Part shown: piece after piece, positions 34,419 through 44,000 of the stretch
Layout of the letters: every line of letters starts with the position of its first letter
Numbering within the stretch: the first letter of the stretch is position 1
Assembly: GCA_028713285.1 (NCBI GenBank)
Contig: JAQTOP010000001.1
Coordinates: 35,190 to 99,189 of the forward strand
Source: Terrimicrobiaceae bacterium
GTDB lineage: Bacteria; Verrucomicrobiota; Verrucomicrobiia; Chthoniobacterales; JAATET01
Length of the DNA: 64,000 nt
Reading direction: 5' to 3'
Translations under genes and position numbers: made by a program
Notes under the pieces: generated by a model
What the model saw: the letters and a program-made list of their open reading frames with translations, nothing else
What the model was told of the DNA's origin: nothing
Database searches by the model: none

Positions 34419-36173
34419 TTAGGTGGAAGAGGGGATGCCGACTTCGGGGGCAAGCGTGGCTTGATCGACACCGTCTTCGTCTGGGTCGCGCTCCATGTCG
34501 GGTGCTTCGTCAAGGGTGTGTCGGCCTTTCCCCGGAGCTTCAAATTCGACCGCCTTGGACGGGATGCTGCCACGCACGATTGGACTGGTGATGACCCAGG
34601 TGGCAGCTCCGTTTACGAAGTATATCGCGATTTTCGCGATCTTACCTTGGCGGGTCTTCTCCGTGCGAATGCTGATTTCTTTGATCCGACGACGGACTTC
34701 GGATTGCAGGGCAAGACGGCTCTGTGGGTCTCCCGCCTCTATCAGGGATTTGAATCCCTCGATACCCTCGGTCATGTGGTTGCGGGCGGCAGTCAGTTGG
34801 TCCCTCTGCCGTCGGAGTTCTTCGGCCCGCGCCTGAACTTCCTCCATTTCCTCGGCCATTGTGGTCGCCCTCGCCATGGCAGATTTGCGCAGGATTTCGG
34901 GCATTTCTGCGAGGGCATCCAGAAATTTATTGATCTCCGCGTCGAGCTTTCCGATATGCAACTCGGCGTCCGCGATTTGAGTTATGAGTTTGGCGGTTTC
35001 TTGGTCCGGGCCTTTATTCACGAGGCTGGACCAGTCGAGGTCTCGAAGGTGTTTGAGGACGGTTCGCTCGAACTGGTCATAGGGCCACATCTGGGACTTG
35101 ATTCCAATCGGGCGGAGGCGGGCAGTGCAGAGATACACGCGAGTCTTTCCGGCGGCAGTCTTCTCGTTGTAGTGCATTTTGAAGCCGTTGTGGCCGTCGA
35201 TGACGAGCCCGGTGAAAAGGTTGTGCGTGCTCGGGCGGCGTGGGCCACGAGGGGCTTGCGTGCGGCATTGGGCGCGCTGCCAGAGTTCGTTTGAGATCAC
35301 CTGCGGAAAATATCCATCGATTGGTGGGCCTTCGGGGATACGGCGACGGGTTTCTGGATCGAGGCGACAAGGTTGATAAATTCCCATCGCCGCAGGCCAT
35401 TTGAGGAGGAAGTGAAGGGAGCTTTCGGCCCACTCCTCGCCAACTCGCCAGGGCTTGATTTTCTCCGCGTTGAGGACGTTGGCAATCGAGCGTTTTCCGA
35501 GGCCACTGGCGGCCAGTTCGAACATGCGCACGAGCAGCTCGGCGCGTTCGGGGATGACGACGTAGAGTTTCTTACCGTCCTCGCCCGTGACGAGTTTCAG
35601 CCAATTCGGGCAGTTTTTTCCCCGCGGGGCCTTGGTTTCCAGCGCCATCTGGCGCTTCTTTTTCCAGGCCGCGCCGATGCGCTTGCTCTTGGTGGCCGAT
35701 TCCTCGTGCGCTCTCATCATGAACACGATGCTCATCATGAGGCTTCCGGGGTTCTCATTGATTGTCGCCCGGCTGTAAATCATCTTGTCGATCAGGGTGA
35801 CGACCACGACGCCCGCGTTGATGATTTGGAGGAATTGCGTCAGCGCTTCGGTGATCTGTTCCCGACTGAGCCTGTCCAAACTTTCGACCAACAGGGTCGA
35901 TCCGGCTGGCACGTATCCGGTCTGAATGGCCGTGAGAAAGGCGGCGAGTTTTCCTTCCGTGGCGTGTTTCCCGTGGTAGGCCGAGATGCCCAGATCCTGC
36001 AGGTGCAGGCTGTAATTCAGAATCAGGCCGTGCTCGGCGGCGTATGCCTCGCTGGCCTCGGTCTGCCGCCGCAGGCTGTCGCCTTTCATTTGCGCGGGTG
36101 AAGAAAACCGGATGTAGCTGTAGGCTACGTTGGTTTTCTTTTCGGTAGGGATGGTAGGTTCCATCCCAAGCAT
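34419..36173 (-). CDS. Large serine recombinase (resolvase/invertase catalytic domain plus recombinase and zinc/coiled-coil domains)
   Basis: 'VAYSYIRFSSPAQ...GDSLRRQ' holds the catalytic Ser motif, and 'LLVESLDRLSRE' is also present. 584 aa, with a long C-terminal coiled-coil region. Confidence 0.85.
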   Translation of the reverse strand: MLGMEPTIPTEKKTNVAYSYIRFSSPAQMKGDSLRRQTEASEAYAAEHGLILNYSLHLQDLGISAYHGKHATEGKLAAFLTAIQTGYVPAGSTLLVESLDRLSREQITEALTQFLQIINAGVVVVTLIDKMIYSRATINENPGSLMMSIVFMMRAHEESATKSKRIGAAWKKKRQMALETKAPRGKNCPNWLKLVTGEDGKKLYVVIPERAELLVRMFELAASGLGKRSIANVLNAEKIKPWRVGEEWAESSLHFLLKWPAAMGIYQPCRLDPETRRRIPEGPPIDGYFPQVISNELWQRAQCRTQAPRGPRRPSTHNLFTGLVIDGHNGFKMHYNEKTAAGKTRVYLCTARLRPIGIKSQMWPYDQFERTVLKHLRDLDWSSLVNKGPDQETAKLITQIADAELHIGKLDAEINKFLDALAEMPEILRKSAMARATTMAEEMEEVQARAEELRRQRDQLTAARNHMTEGIEGFKSLIEAGDPQSRLALQSEVRRRIKEISIRTEKTRQGKIAKIAIYFVNGAATWVITSPIVRGSIPSKAVEFEAPGKGRHTLDEAPDMERDPDEDGVDQATLAPEVGIPSST

Positions 36174-36612
36174 ATCCGGTTTTTGGTACGACCGGTTAAG
36201 CGGTATTTTTGGAAATTTTACGCCTGCGGGATCAAGGCTCTGGTGAATTGGGTCAGCACTTCTTGAAACGCTCTAGTGGCCAAGGCGATCAAGACGGTCT
36301 ATTTCGAGACCGGCAGCCAAGACATCGCCGGCCGCACGGCAAGTTGGGCTACCGACGCTTGATGGCCAGCCAAGGCGCTCGGTCTCCGGCGCAAGGAGTC
36401 CGAGGATGACCGGGGCCGGAGATGGACAATCCACTGCAAACAACTTAACTAATAATCAGTCCTCAGGCTTACTTTCAACCCAGCTCGAAATGGTGAATTC
36501 GCTCATGGTAAAGAGGGAGGAGGTCGTGGGCATCGGGTGAGAATGAAAAGCGAATGGGTGTGGTTCGAGCCGAACAACGCTCTTTTCATCAATCCATTTG
36601 ATAATACGCGGG

Positions 36613-39600
36613 TTATTTGGATGTCGGCGCGTGAATCATGGGATAAACACCCACCGCTTGCTCCGATTGGATGGCCGCCGCCAGTTCCTTCGGACTTAGA
36701 GCCTCTCGGATCCCCCGTCCATCATCATTCCAACTGCCCGGTTTATAAAAGTTCAACTCCGCACTCTTATATACATGGCCGGCCACTCTCCATCCCTCAT
36801 CCATCCCTTGGGAGGCGATAACAATTCTGTTGATCTCACCGAATCGCACATCCGGAGTGATGTTGATCTCCAGGCAGTTTTTCAACTCGCGGATGATCCC
36901 TCCGGATCCGTAGCGCTTTCTGCCATTCACAATCAGATATTTTGAGGATTGGGAGCTTTCGGTTTCGACTTTCACCCAGACTTCCTGTGAGGAGACGTCC
37001 GACGGGATGATCAGATCCTTATAGATGAACGAGGTTTCGATTTTGCCCGGGAGGGTGAACGGTTTTTCGGATTGAGGCCCATCGACGGCGTGCCATTCCC
37101 CTGTGAGCGGAATGGTCGAGGAGGGTTTCGCCGACCGGATCAGGCAGATCATGGGCATGATCCCTTTGCCTTCGTGGATGATCTCAAGCTTGTTGCCGAA
37201 CTGCTGCAGATGACCGGTCAGATCAATCGATTGGGAAGTCAGCTTGTCGCCTTTCCAGACCTCGGCTCCGTTGATCAGAATTCGCACGGGGCCGGGAAAG
37301 CCGGGCAGGCGCGAATAGAGGACGCGACCATTGACCTCGAGCCGATAGCCATCGCGGCTATCCCACGACTGGGGCAGGTCGAAATGTCTCCGGTAAAGGC
37401 CGATCCCCAGATCCGGTTTGATACCGATTCCAGGCGCATCCCAGAAGACGAGCGGACTGGGTTTCATCCCCGCTTCGAAATCGCTCAAGCCGGCGAGGCG
37501 GGTCGCTGCTGCCAGGGAACCCGCCTGGGCCAGCAACCAGTCGTGATTCAAGTCGAGGCTGCGAAATGGCTTGATGTCGGGAGGAGGAGTCCCTGTCACC
37601 AGTCCGCCCCAGATTTCCGACTGTCTCGTCAGCCAGTGGGAGAACTGTTCCTCCGGATTCTTCCGGTGGATCGCGAACCACTGGAAATCCCAGTCCGGAA
37701 TATTGGCTTTGAACGTCGCGGAGTTGCCGCTGATGGTCGCGGGCACATCTTTGCCTGTCACGGGATCATAGACATGGGACGGGGGGAAATCCATTGTCCA
37801 TGTCACGGTGCTTTCCTGTCCCGTGCCGCGGATCATCAGGAATTCCTCGGAGCCATTGTTCGAGACAAGAGTCCGCACCAAAGTCTTTCCACCGCCGGTT
37901 TCCGCCGCATGGACAGCCGAGCCCAGTTGATCGAGCACCGCCTGGCGGATGAACCGGGGCCAGACACCCGCCGCGCAATAATAAATCGTGCCCTTGCCAA
38001 GGGAACGGCTCGTTACCGCAGGGCTTCCATCCATGAAAGTTCCCAGAACGGCTGTTGCCCCCACCGGCCGGATGGTAAGGCATTTCGTCATCTTGTGGGG
38101 GGTGGTGCCTTCTGACACTCCTTTCACCGTGGAAAAGATGGGGTCGTCCCCGCCGGTGATGCGCACCACATCCCCGTCGCGTTCGCCCACGATGGTCACA
38201 CCCGCCAGTTTGGCGCCCGGGTGCGCGTCACGCACGCTGTCGGAATGTCGACCGCTGCCCGCCTGCAAGAACAAAATGCCCCCTTCCGAAACATAGCGTT
38301 CGAGAGATTGGGCGACCCCGTCGTCCCAGCACAAATTTCCTTCGTCGAAGATGGCGCGATACGGCAGTCCCCCCTCCTTGACCCTGACCTCGTCGAGAAG
38401 CGGCGTCATCTCGCCGCCGCGCTCCAAGCCATAGCCATGCCGCCAATCTTCCTCTTTGGCAAATTCCCCGATATACCATCCGTTCTGCAGACCACGGAAA
38501 CTCGCCAGCGGAGAGGTGTGGACATTGGCTCTCCCCATGATGCGAATGGCGGGCAGGTGATCCTCCAGCCACTTTCTCATTTCCGGCTGTCGGGTGATCG
38601 ACTGAATGGTGTTGAAATAGTCGTGCGCGTTCTTCCCCATGAAGATCAGGCAGCCCATGAGCCCCCGGACGCCCCGCGAATCCCCAATGGGTCCGGATGT
38701 CTCGGAGCTGTCCTGCAGGTTCCTGGCGACACCATATTGTTTTGGGGTGGTGAACCACCAACCCGGGCCCGATCCGGTATGATGGGAGTAACCTCCCACC
38801 TCCTGGAGAACCTTCCAACCGTAAGGCGAACCGCTGTAGGCGTGAACCTTGATTGGGCGGTCCGGGTCCACCGATCTCAGACTCAGAAGCGTGCTCCTCA
38901 CGGAATCCGCAACCGCCCAGTCGATGAAATCCATATGATCGAAGCGGCGGGCGTTCAGGAGCGGGTCACTTGTCGGAAATTCCTCCAGTTTTCTGGTTGT
39001 CACGAAGACCGGGCCGCGGGGAGACTCCTCGCCGCCGGACATTTTCAGCGTCACTGTCAGCTTGGAACCGGGCTTGAGGGCATTCGAAATATCAAACTGC
39101 CCGACTCCCCGCATCGTGCGGAAGGTGGGATCGACCGACCCCATTTCCTTTCCATTGACGAAGACCTGGACCGGCTGGCGGGTCAATGTGGCGACCGTCA
39201 GATACGCCGGACGTCCCAAAGGCATCGCGCCAACGTCGATGGTGCGTCTCATCCAAATCGTGGATTTGGAGGTGTGATGGAAGAGAGAGGAAAAAATCGC
39301 ATCGCCCGGGTAATGGAGCCGTATCCAGCCGGAGTCGTCATGGGACGGGGAATACCATTGTTCGCGCGCTCCCCGATCGCCATTATCGGGCATGACCCTC
39401 CACTCGCCCGCGAGATCGACCGAGGCGTTGGTCCATCCATAGAAGGTTCTCCAATCGACCATCTGGACATCATCCCAGCTCTTGAAGGAGTCCGGTTTGC
39501 CCGTGTAACGCAGGGACACATCCCGCAGGGAGAGCTTTCGGAAATCTCTCAGGAACCTGACGAAGTTGCGCCTCTGCACTGGGCCGTATTCGCTCCATGC

Positions 39601-40989
39601 GCCAAAGAATTGGAAGAGGCTCATGGAAACCTCGCCGTCCGGATCGAGGATGGCCATCAGGTTGTCGTCCTTGTCGATGGACTTCAGGAGATTGGTGGCG
39701 GTGACATTCTGGGCGTCCTTCAGGAGCCCGGGCGCGTGAGGCACCTCCCCGTAATACGTCGATTCATACATGATGCCCGACCCCGGAAAGGTGGAAAGAA
39801 AAGGATTGCGGTTATAGAGATCAGGACACGTCTCCAGCCATTCGACATTCTGAAATTTGACACCATAGCGCTTGAAAAACGCCCTCGCCCAAGTCAGGTC
39901 ATTGTCGTTGATGGTCATGTCGAAACACCTGACGACATTCATCTGGGCGTTGAGCCCGATCTTTCCCATCCACGAGTAAAATAAGTCGGGGGTATTATAT
40001 TCGGGATCGGCCGCGAAGTCACCGGTCCCCTGCCAGGTACCGAAGCAATAGCGGTCCCATTTGTCCATGAAGAGCGGATGGGAAAGCTTCGCGCGACGCA
40101 GCGGCTTCGGAGTCCCGAGGTTGCGCAGTTCCTCCATGAGACGCCCCTTGTCCATGCCCGTCAGAACATGAACAACCCGCGCGTCCTTCCCTAAAACCGG
40201 TACGATGAATCCTCCCTCGCCAAGAGAGATCGCGTCCCGGGTCTCAACCCCCTGATTCCAGGCCTCGATCTTGTTTCCCACACTCAGCTCGTAGTCGGAA
40301 AAAATTTTTGAGGCGAAGATTACGGCTCGAGACGGGTCTTCAAACGTGAACTTGTGAATGGTGACGGCGGTTGAGCCGGAGCCGCGCGTCGCTGCGGAAT
40401 GGCCGAAATGCCGATAGCCGCGAAGGGCGAATGGCTGGCCTTCCATGGCCGGTGCAGGGGAGGGAACGGGAACTGGGGGTGGGGAGACCTCCGCCGCCAT
40501 CTCCTTTTCTGCGAACGAAAGCAGATCCGTGTTCCTGATCGGAATACGCTGCGAGGATCCATTGTGGGTCCCTGTCACGTTTTCCAAATCGATCTGAATG
40601 ACGTTGATCACGTTCCCGGCCGGCAGTTTTACCGCGCCGCAAACCTTCCCGTTGAAGAGCAAAGGGAACTCGACAGGCACGGTCAACACGACGGTTTTCG
40701 GCCAGGATTTCGGATGCTCAACCAGCCAGGCCAGCGGGTCGGGCTTTGGTGTCGCGGTCGGCCCGGGAGTCGGCTCTGGAGTGGGGGTGGGAGTGAGAGC
40801 CGGTGTGGGCGTTGGCAAAGGCGTTGGCGAAGGCGTTGGTTCGGGAGCGGGCGCCTGCGGGAGGATGAACCTTTCGGTGGTTCCAACGATCCGCTTCCAA
40901 GCCTGTTGGGGCGATCCGTTATTGAGGAGCATGACAGCCGCGAAGATTGCCGCCGCCAGCACCAGGACGCTGACCGCCAGACGTTTCAT
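36613..40989 (-). CDS. Giant secreted glycoside-hydrolase-like protein (GH2-type sugar-binding jelly-roll and GH42-like segments)
   Basis: Start set at 'MKRLAVSVLVLAAAIFAAV' (signal/anchor), followed by a Pro/Thr linker. 'GEWRV...WYSPSHDDSGWIRLHYPGD...WMRRTIDV...VFVNGKEMG' resembles the GH2 sugar-binding domain. It is a paralog of the upstream gene. Confidence 0.45.
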   Translation of the reverse strand: MKRLAVSVLVLAAAIFAAVMLLNNGSPQQAWKRIVGTTERFILPQAPAPEPTPSPTPLPTPTPALTPTPTPEPTPGPTATPKPDPLAWLVEHPKSWPKTVVLTVPVEFPLLFNGKVCGAVKLPAGNVINVIQIDLENVTGTHNGSSQRIPIRNTDLLSFAEKEMAAEVSPPPVPVPSPAPAMEGQPFALRGYRHFGHSAATRGSGSTAVTIHKFTFEDPSRAVIFASKIFSDYELSVGNKIEAWNQGVETRDAISLGEGGFIVPVLGKDARVVHVLTGMDKGRLMEELRNLGTPKPLRRAKLSHPLFMDKWDRYCFGTWQGTGDFAADPEYNTPDLFYSWMGKIGLNAQMNVVRCFDMTINDNDLTWARAFFKRYGVKFQNVEWLETCPDLYNRNPFLSTFPGSGIMYESTYYGEVPHAPGLLKDAQNVTATNLLKSIDKDDNLMAILDPDGEVSMSLFQFFGAWSEYGPVQRRNFVRFLRDFRKLSLRDVSLRYTGKPDSFKSWDDVQMVDWRTFYGWTNASVDLAGEWRVMPDNGDRGAREQWYSPSHDDSGWIRLHYPGDAIFSSLFHHTSKSTIWMRRTIDVGAMPLGRPAYLTVATLTRQPVQVFVNGKEMGSVDPTFRTMRGVGQFDISNALKPGSKLTVTLKMSGGEESPRGPVFVTTRKLEEFPTSDPLLNARRFDHMDFIDWAVADSVRSTLLSLRSVDPDRPIKVHAYSGSPYGWKVLQEVGGYSHHTGSGPGWWFTTPKQYGVARNLQDSSETSGPIGDSRGVRGLMGCLIFMGKNAHDYFNTIQSITRQPEMRKWLEDHLPAIRIMGRANVHTSPLASFRGLQNGWYIGEFAKEEDWRHGYGLERGGEMTPLLDEVRVKEGGLPYRAIFDEGNLCWDDGVAQSLERYVSEGGILFLQAGSGRHSDSVRDAHPGAKLAGVTIVGERDGDVVRITGGDDPIFSTVKGVSEGTTPHKMTKCLTIRPVGATAVLGTFMDGSPAVTSRSLGKGTIYYCAAGVWPRFIRQAVLDQLGSAVHAAETGGGKTLVRTLVSNNGSEEFLMIRGTGQESTVTWTMDFPPSHVYDPVTGKDVPATISGNSATFKANIPDWDFQWFAIHRKNPEEQFSHWLTRQSEIWGGLVTGTPPPDIKPFRSLDLNHDWLLAQAGSLAAATRLAGLSDFEAGMKPSPLVFWDAPGIGIKPDLGIGLYRRHFDLPQSWDSRDGYRLEVNGRVLYSRLPGFPGPVRILINGAEVWKGDKLTSQSIDLTGHLQQFGNKLEIIHEGKGIMPMICLIRSAKPSSTIPLTGEWHAVDGPQSEKPFTLPGKIETSFIYKDLIIPSDVSSQEVWVKVETESSQSSKYLIVNGRKRYGSGGIIRELKNCLEINITPDVRFGEINRIVIASQGMDEGWRVAGHVYKSAELNFYKPGSWNDDGRGIREALSPKELAAAIQSEQAVGVYPMIHAPTSK

Positions 40990-41041
40990 GCGGTTCTCCC
41001 AAGACGATTCATTGCATTGGCCCCAAAGCAAAAAGTCCCCG

Positions 41042-44000
41042 CTATTTTGCCGGATAGAGGTCAAGGCGGATCACCTTGATATCCCAATCGAAGGAGGCCT
41101 TGGGATCGAGGTTCACCCCGTTGTAGTCACCACCGTTGGCGAGGATCAGTTCGTTTTCCTGTCCGAATTTGAGCTGGGAGGTGATGTCGATGTCGCATCG
41201 GGATCCCAAGCTGTGGTGGTGGCGGCGCACCAGACGGTCGTTGACCCATGCGCCCAGGATGCTGCGGCTCGCCCCTTCCATATACAGGCGCACCTGGTAG
41301 CGGCCTTCCCATTCCTTCGGGATAAACACCGTGCGCGATGGCATCTTCAGCCGTCCCTGGCCGGGCAGGGCCAGAGTGGCCGGGCTGCCATTTTCCATGC
41401 CATTCCAGATCCCGGCGAGGTTGAGCGATCGTTCGGCGGGTGTCGCGTAGTAGAGCCACACGTTCCCGGCGAATCCCTGGTATTTGTTGTCCCCCTTGAA
41501 TGTGAAGGACAGGACATTTTCGCCGCCTGTCACGAGGTCCGTCACATCGAACTCGTTGAAGCTGTCCTTGGTGAAGTCGTGAAGCATTTTCCCGTTCAGC
41601 GCCATGCGTGCCGCCCCGAGATAGTGGGGGCCGCTCCACGCCCCGCTGGTCATGTAGATTCTGCCTCCCCGGTTCAGCCAGGCCTCGGGCACGGTGAAAG
41701 TCTTGCGGACATAGGCCGGCTTGTTTGGCTGCGCGCCATACGTGTTGAGCAGACCGAGGATGCACGGTTTCCAGGAACCGGCCAGGAATCCGGCCTTGGT
41801 CCAGTCCTCCCCGGCAGGCTGCCCGATCGCAAGTTGAGCCCCCTCGCGCAGATCGAGCGTCGGATCGGCAAATTTGCCCTTGGTATAGGGGCCGAAATCG
41901 ATGGTCGGCTTGGCCAGCCCATGCCACATGCGCTGCTGATAGGTCCACCAATGCGCCACCGCTTCGTTGGGATCATAGACATCGGCGGTGACGACCTTGA
42001 CCTCCTTGGCTGGCAGGAAGACCTTCGTCGTGGCCACTCCGTCCGCCCATGTGAACGGCAGGTGTTTCTCTCCCTCCACTCCGAAGGCAGCAAGCCGGGC
42101 CGGCTTGCGCGGCAGGCGCATGGCAAGCGTGACGGTCACGCCGGCATCGTCATGCCAACTCACAAGGGTCGTGGAAGCTTCCAGCCCGTTGTTATAGCGA
42201 TACGGCTGCGCCCACACCAGGAGGTCATCCGTGGTGCATCGGGCGGCGGGAAAACCAACTCCGCCCAGGAGATCGGTCATGAAATCGACTTCGCACGGCC
42301 CCGGCTTCCACAGGCCGTGAACATCCTTTGCATCGCGCCAGAAGGCGGTGCCGAGGGCGATCACCGAGCCCTTGCCGAGTTTGCGCCGGACGATGGCCGG
42401 TGCACCGTTTTCGAAGGTCGCCAGCACTTCGGAGTCCGCGCCGGGTTTCAGTTCGATGCTGAGCAGGTTGTGCTCGCCGCCCTGCCAGTCGGCACTGTGG
42501 CCGTTGTCGTCCATGGTCTTTCCCGCGAAAGATTTGAACAGGCTCTGTTTGGCATTGAACGTGATCCTGCCCTGGCCGGGAGCCCGCAAGCGTCCGATTT
42601 CGCAGCCGGTGAGCTGGCGGATCGGCCAGGAATCCGGTTGGGAAAACGTGCTGCGACCGGTGAACGGGAGCGTCACGAATGTCCCTCCGGCCTTCACCCA
42701 CTCGGCGATCCCCTGCAGGGCTGCGGGGGAAACGACTTCGTTTCCATCGTCAATCATCAGCGGGTAACCGTTCATTTTTCCATCCCTTACGCCGCCCTCA
42801 TCAAGGTAGAGATAGGATTGGCCGAGCGTCTGCATGGTGCCGCGGCCAAAATCCCAATTCCAAGGGGACTGCACCTCCTTGCTCGCGCCCACCGGTGGAT
42901 ACGGAGCGTCCTGCAGCAGTCCGCTCTCCCCTTGGGTGGAACGAAAGAGGAGCACCTGCTGACCCGGGTCGAGATCGAATCGCCCCATCTGCTTCAACAC
43001 CGGCCCGTGTTCCAGCCAGAACTTCCGCAAACCTTCGTTCCGCGTGTAGGTTTGGATGAGGAAGACCGGGTCGTGGGCGTTCAGCCCCGCGAGAAAGGTG
43101 CGGCGGAAAGACTCGAACTGATCGGCGACGTTTCTTGCCGGCCCGGCCGTTTCACTGGTGCCCGGCACATCATACAGAAATGCGTAGCGTTTATACCAGG
43201 GGAAGAACCATCCGCCCTCGCCGGTGAAGTGCGGAAAGCCGCCATAGTCCGCCGCCAGTTGAAGATAGCGGTCCGTTCCCATGCCGCTTGGGGCCATGAA
43301 CTTGATCGGACGGTTGGGATCGACCTGCCGCATGCCGTCGAGGATGTCGCGCCAGGCAAGATACTTGGAATCAAGGTGCCAATCCTTCCACATCGTCCAC
43401 AGCTGGTTCATTTCCCCGCCAAAATACGGGAAGATGCGCGGCGGCTGGGTGGAGAGGTACATCCGGCCGTTCCACCTGGCGCCGAGCAGATGCAGCGCGA
43501 TTTGATTCTCTCCCGGCCGGACCCATTTCGTCACGTCGATCGCTCCCCAGCCGCCGATTTCTCCGGCCTTCTCCCCGTTGAGATAAATCTCGTGGAAACG
43601 TCCCTTCGGTCCGGTATGGATGCCGGCATTGCTGATCGGGAAAAAGTAGAGGAAAAGGCGCGGGCTCGCCGCCTGCGCCGGGGTCAGAGTGAAGCTTCTG
43701 CGGAACCACGTTGACATGGAATCGTGGCCGGCACTGCCCAGCTCGAGGTCATGAAAGAGGCCGTAGATCCCATCGTTGCCCGGCAGGCGCATGGACTGCC
43801 ACTCGCCCGGCCTCATCGGCGCTTTATACCATTGTCCACGCACGCCGGGATAACGGTCTCCCGGCGATTTGGAATACCAGGCATCGTCCAGAACGGTTTT
43901 TGGAGGGATATCCACGCGGTAATTCCAGGTTCCATCCAATGAGACAACCTGCTGACTCAATCCCTCGAAGGTGGCGAATTCGGGGATCGTCACCTGTTCC

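Noticed and set aside
33738-35294. 518-aa plus-strand ORF
   Set aside because: It is antisense to the serine recombinase and the small gene. Its composition is Gly/Arg/Phe-rich with no motifs. The recombinase frame has clear catalytic motifs, so this is a shadow ORF.
36540-36600. tRNA-like 'GGTTCGAGCC' T-loop-like string near the island junction
   Set aside because: The flanking bases do not form an acceptor or T stem, and I could not fold a cloverleaf. At best it is a fragment, so it is not reported as a tRNA.
40730-40870. Short-period ACNCCN-type DNA repeat, considered as a possible tandem repeat or CRISPR-like array
   Set aside because: It simply encodes the Pro/Thr linker ('PEPTPSPTPLPTPTPALTPTPTPEPTPGPTATPKP') of the secreted protein. 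There is no spacer/repeat organisation.
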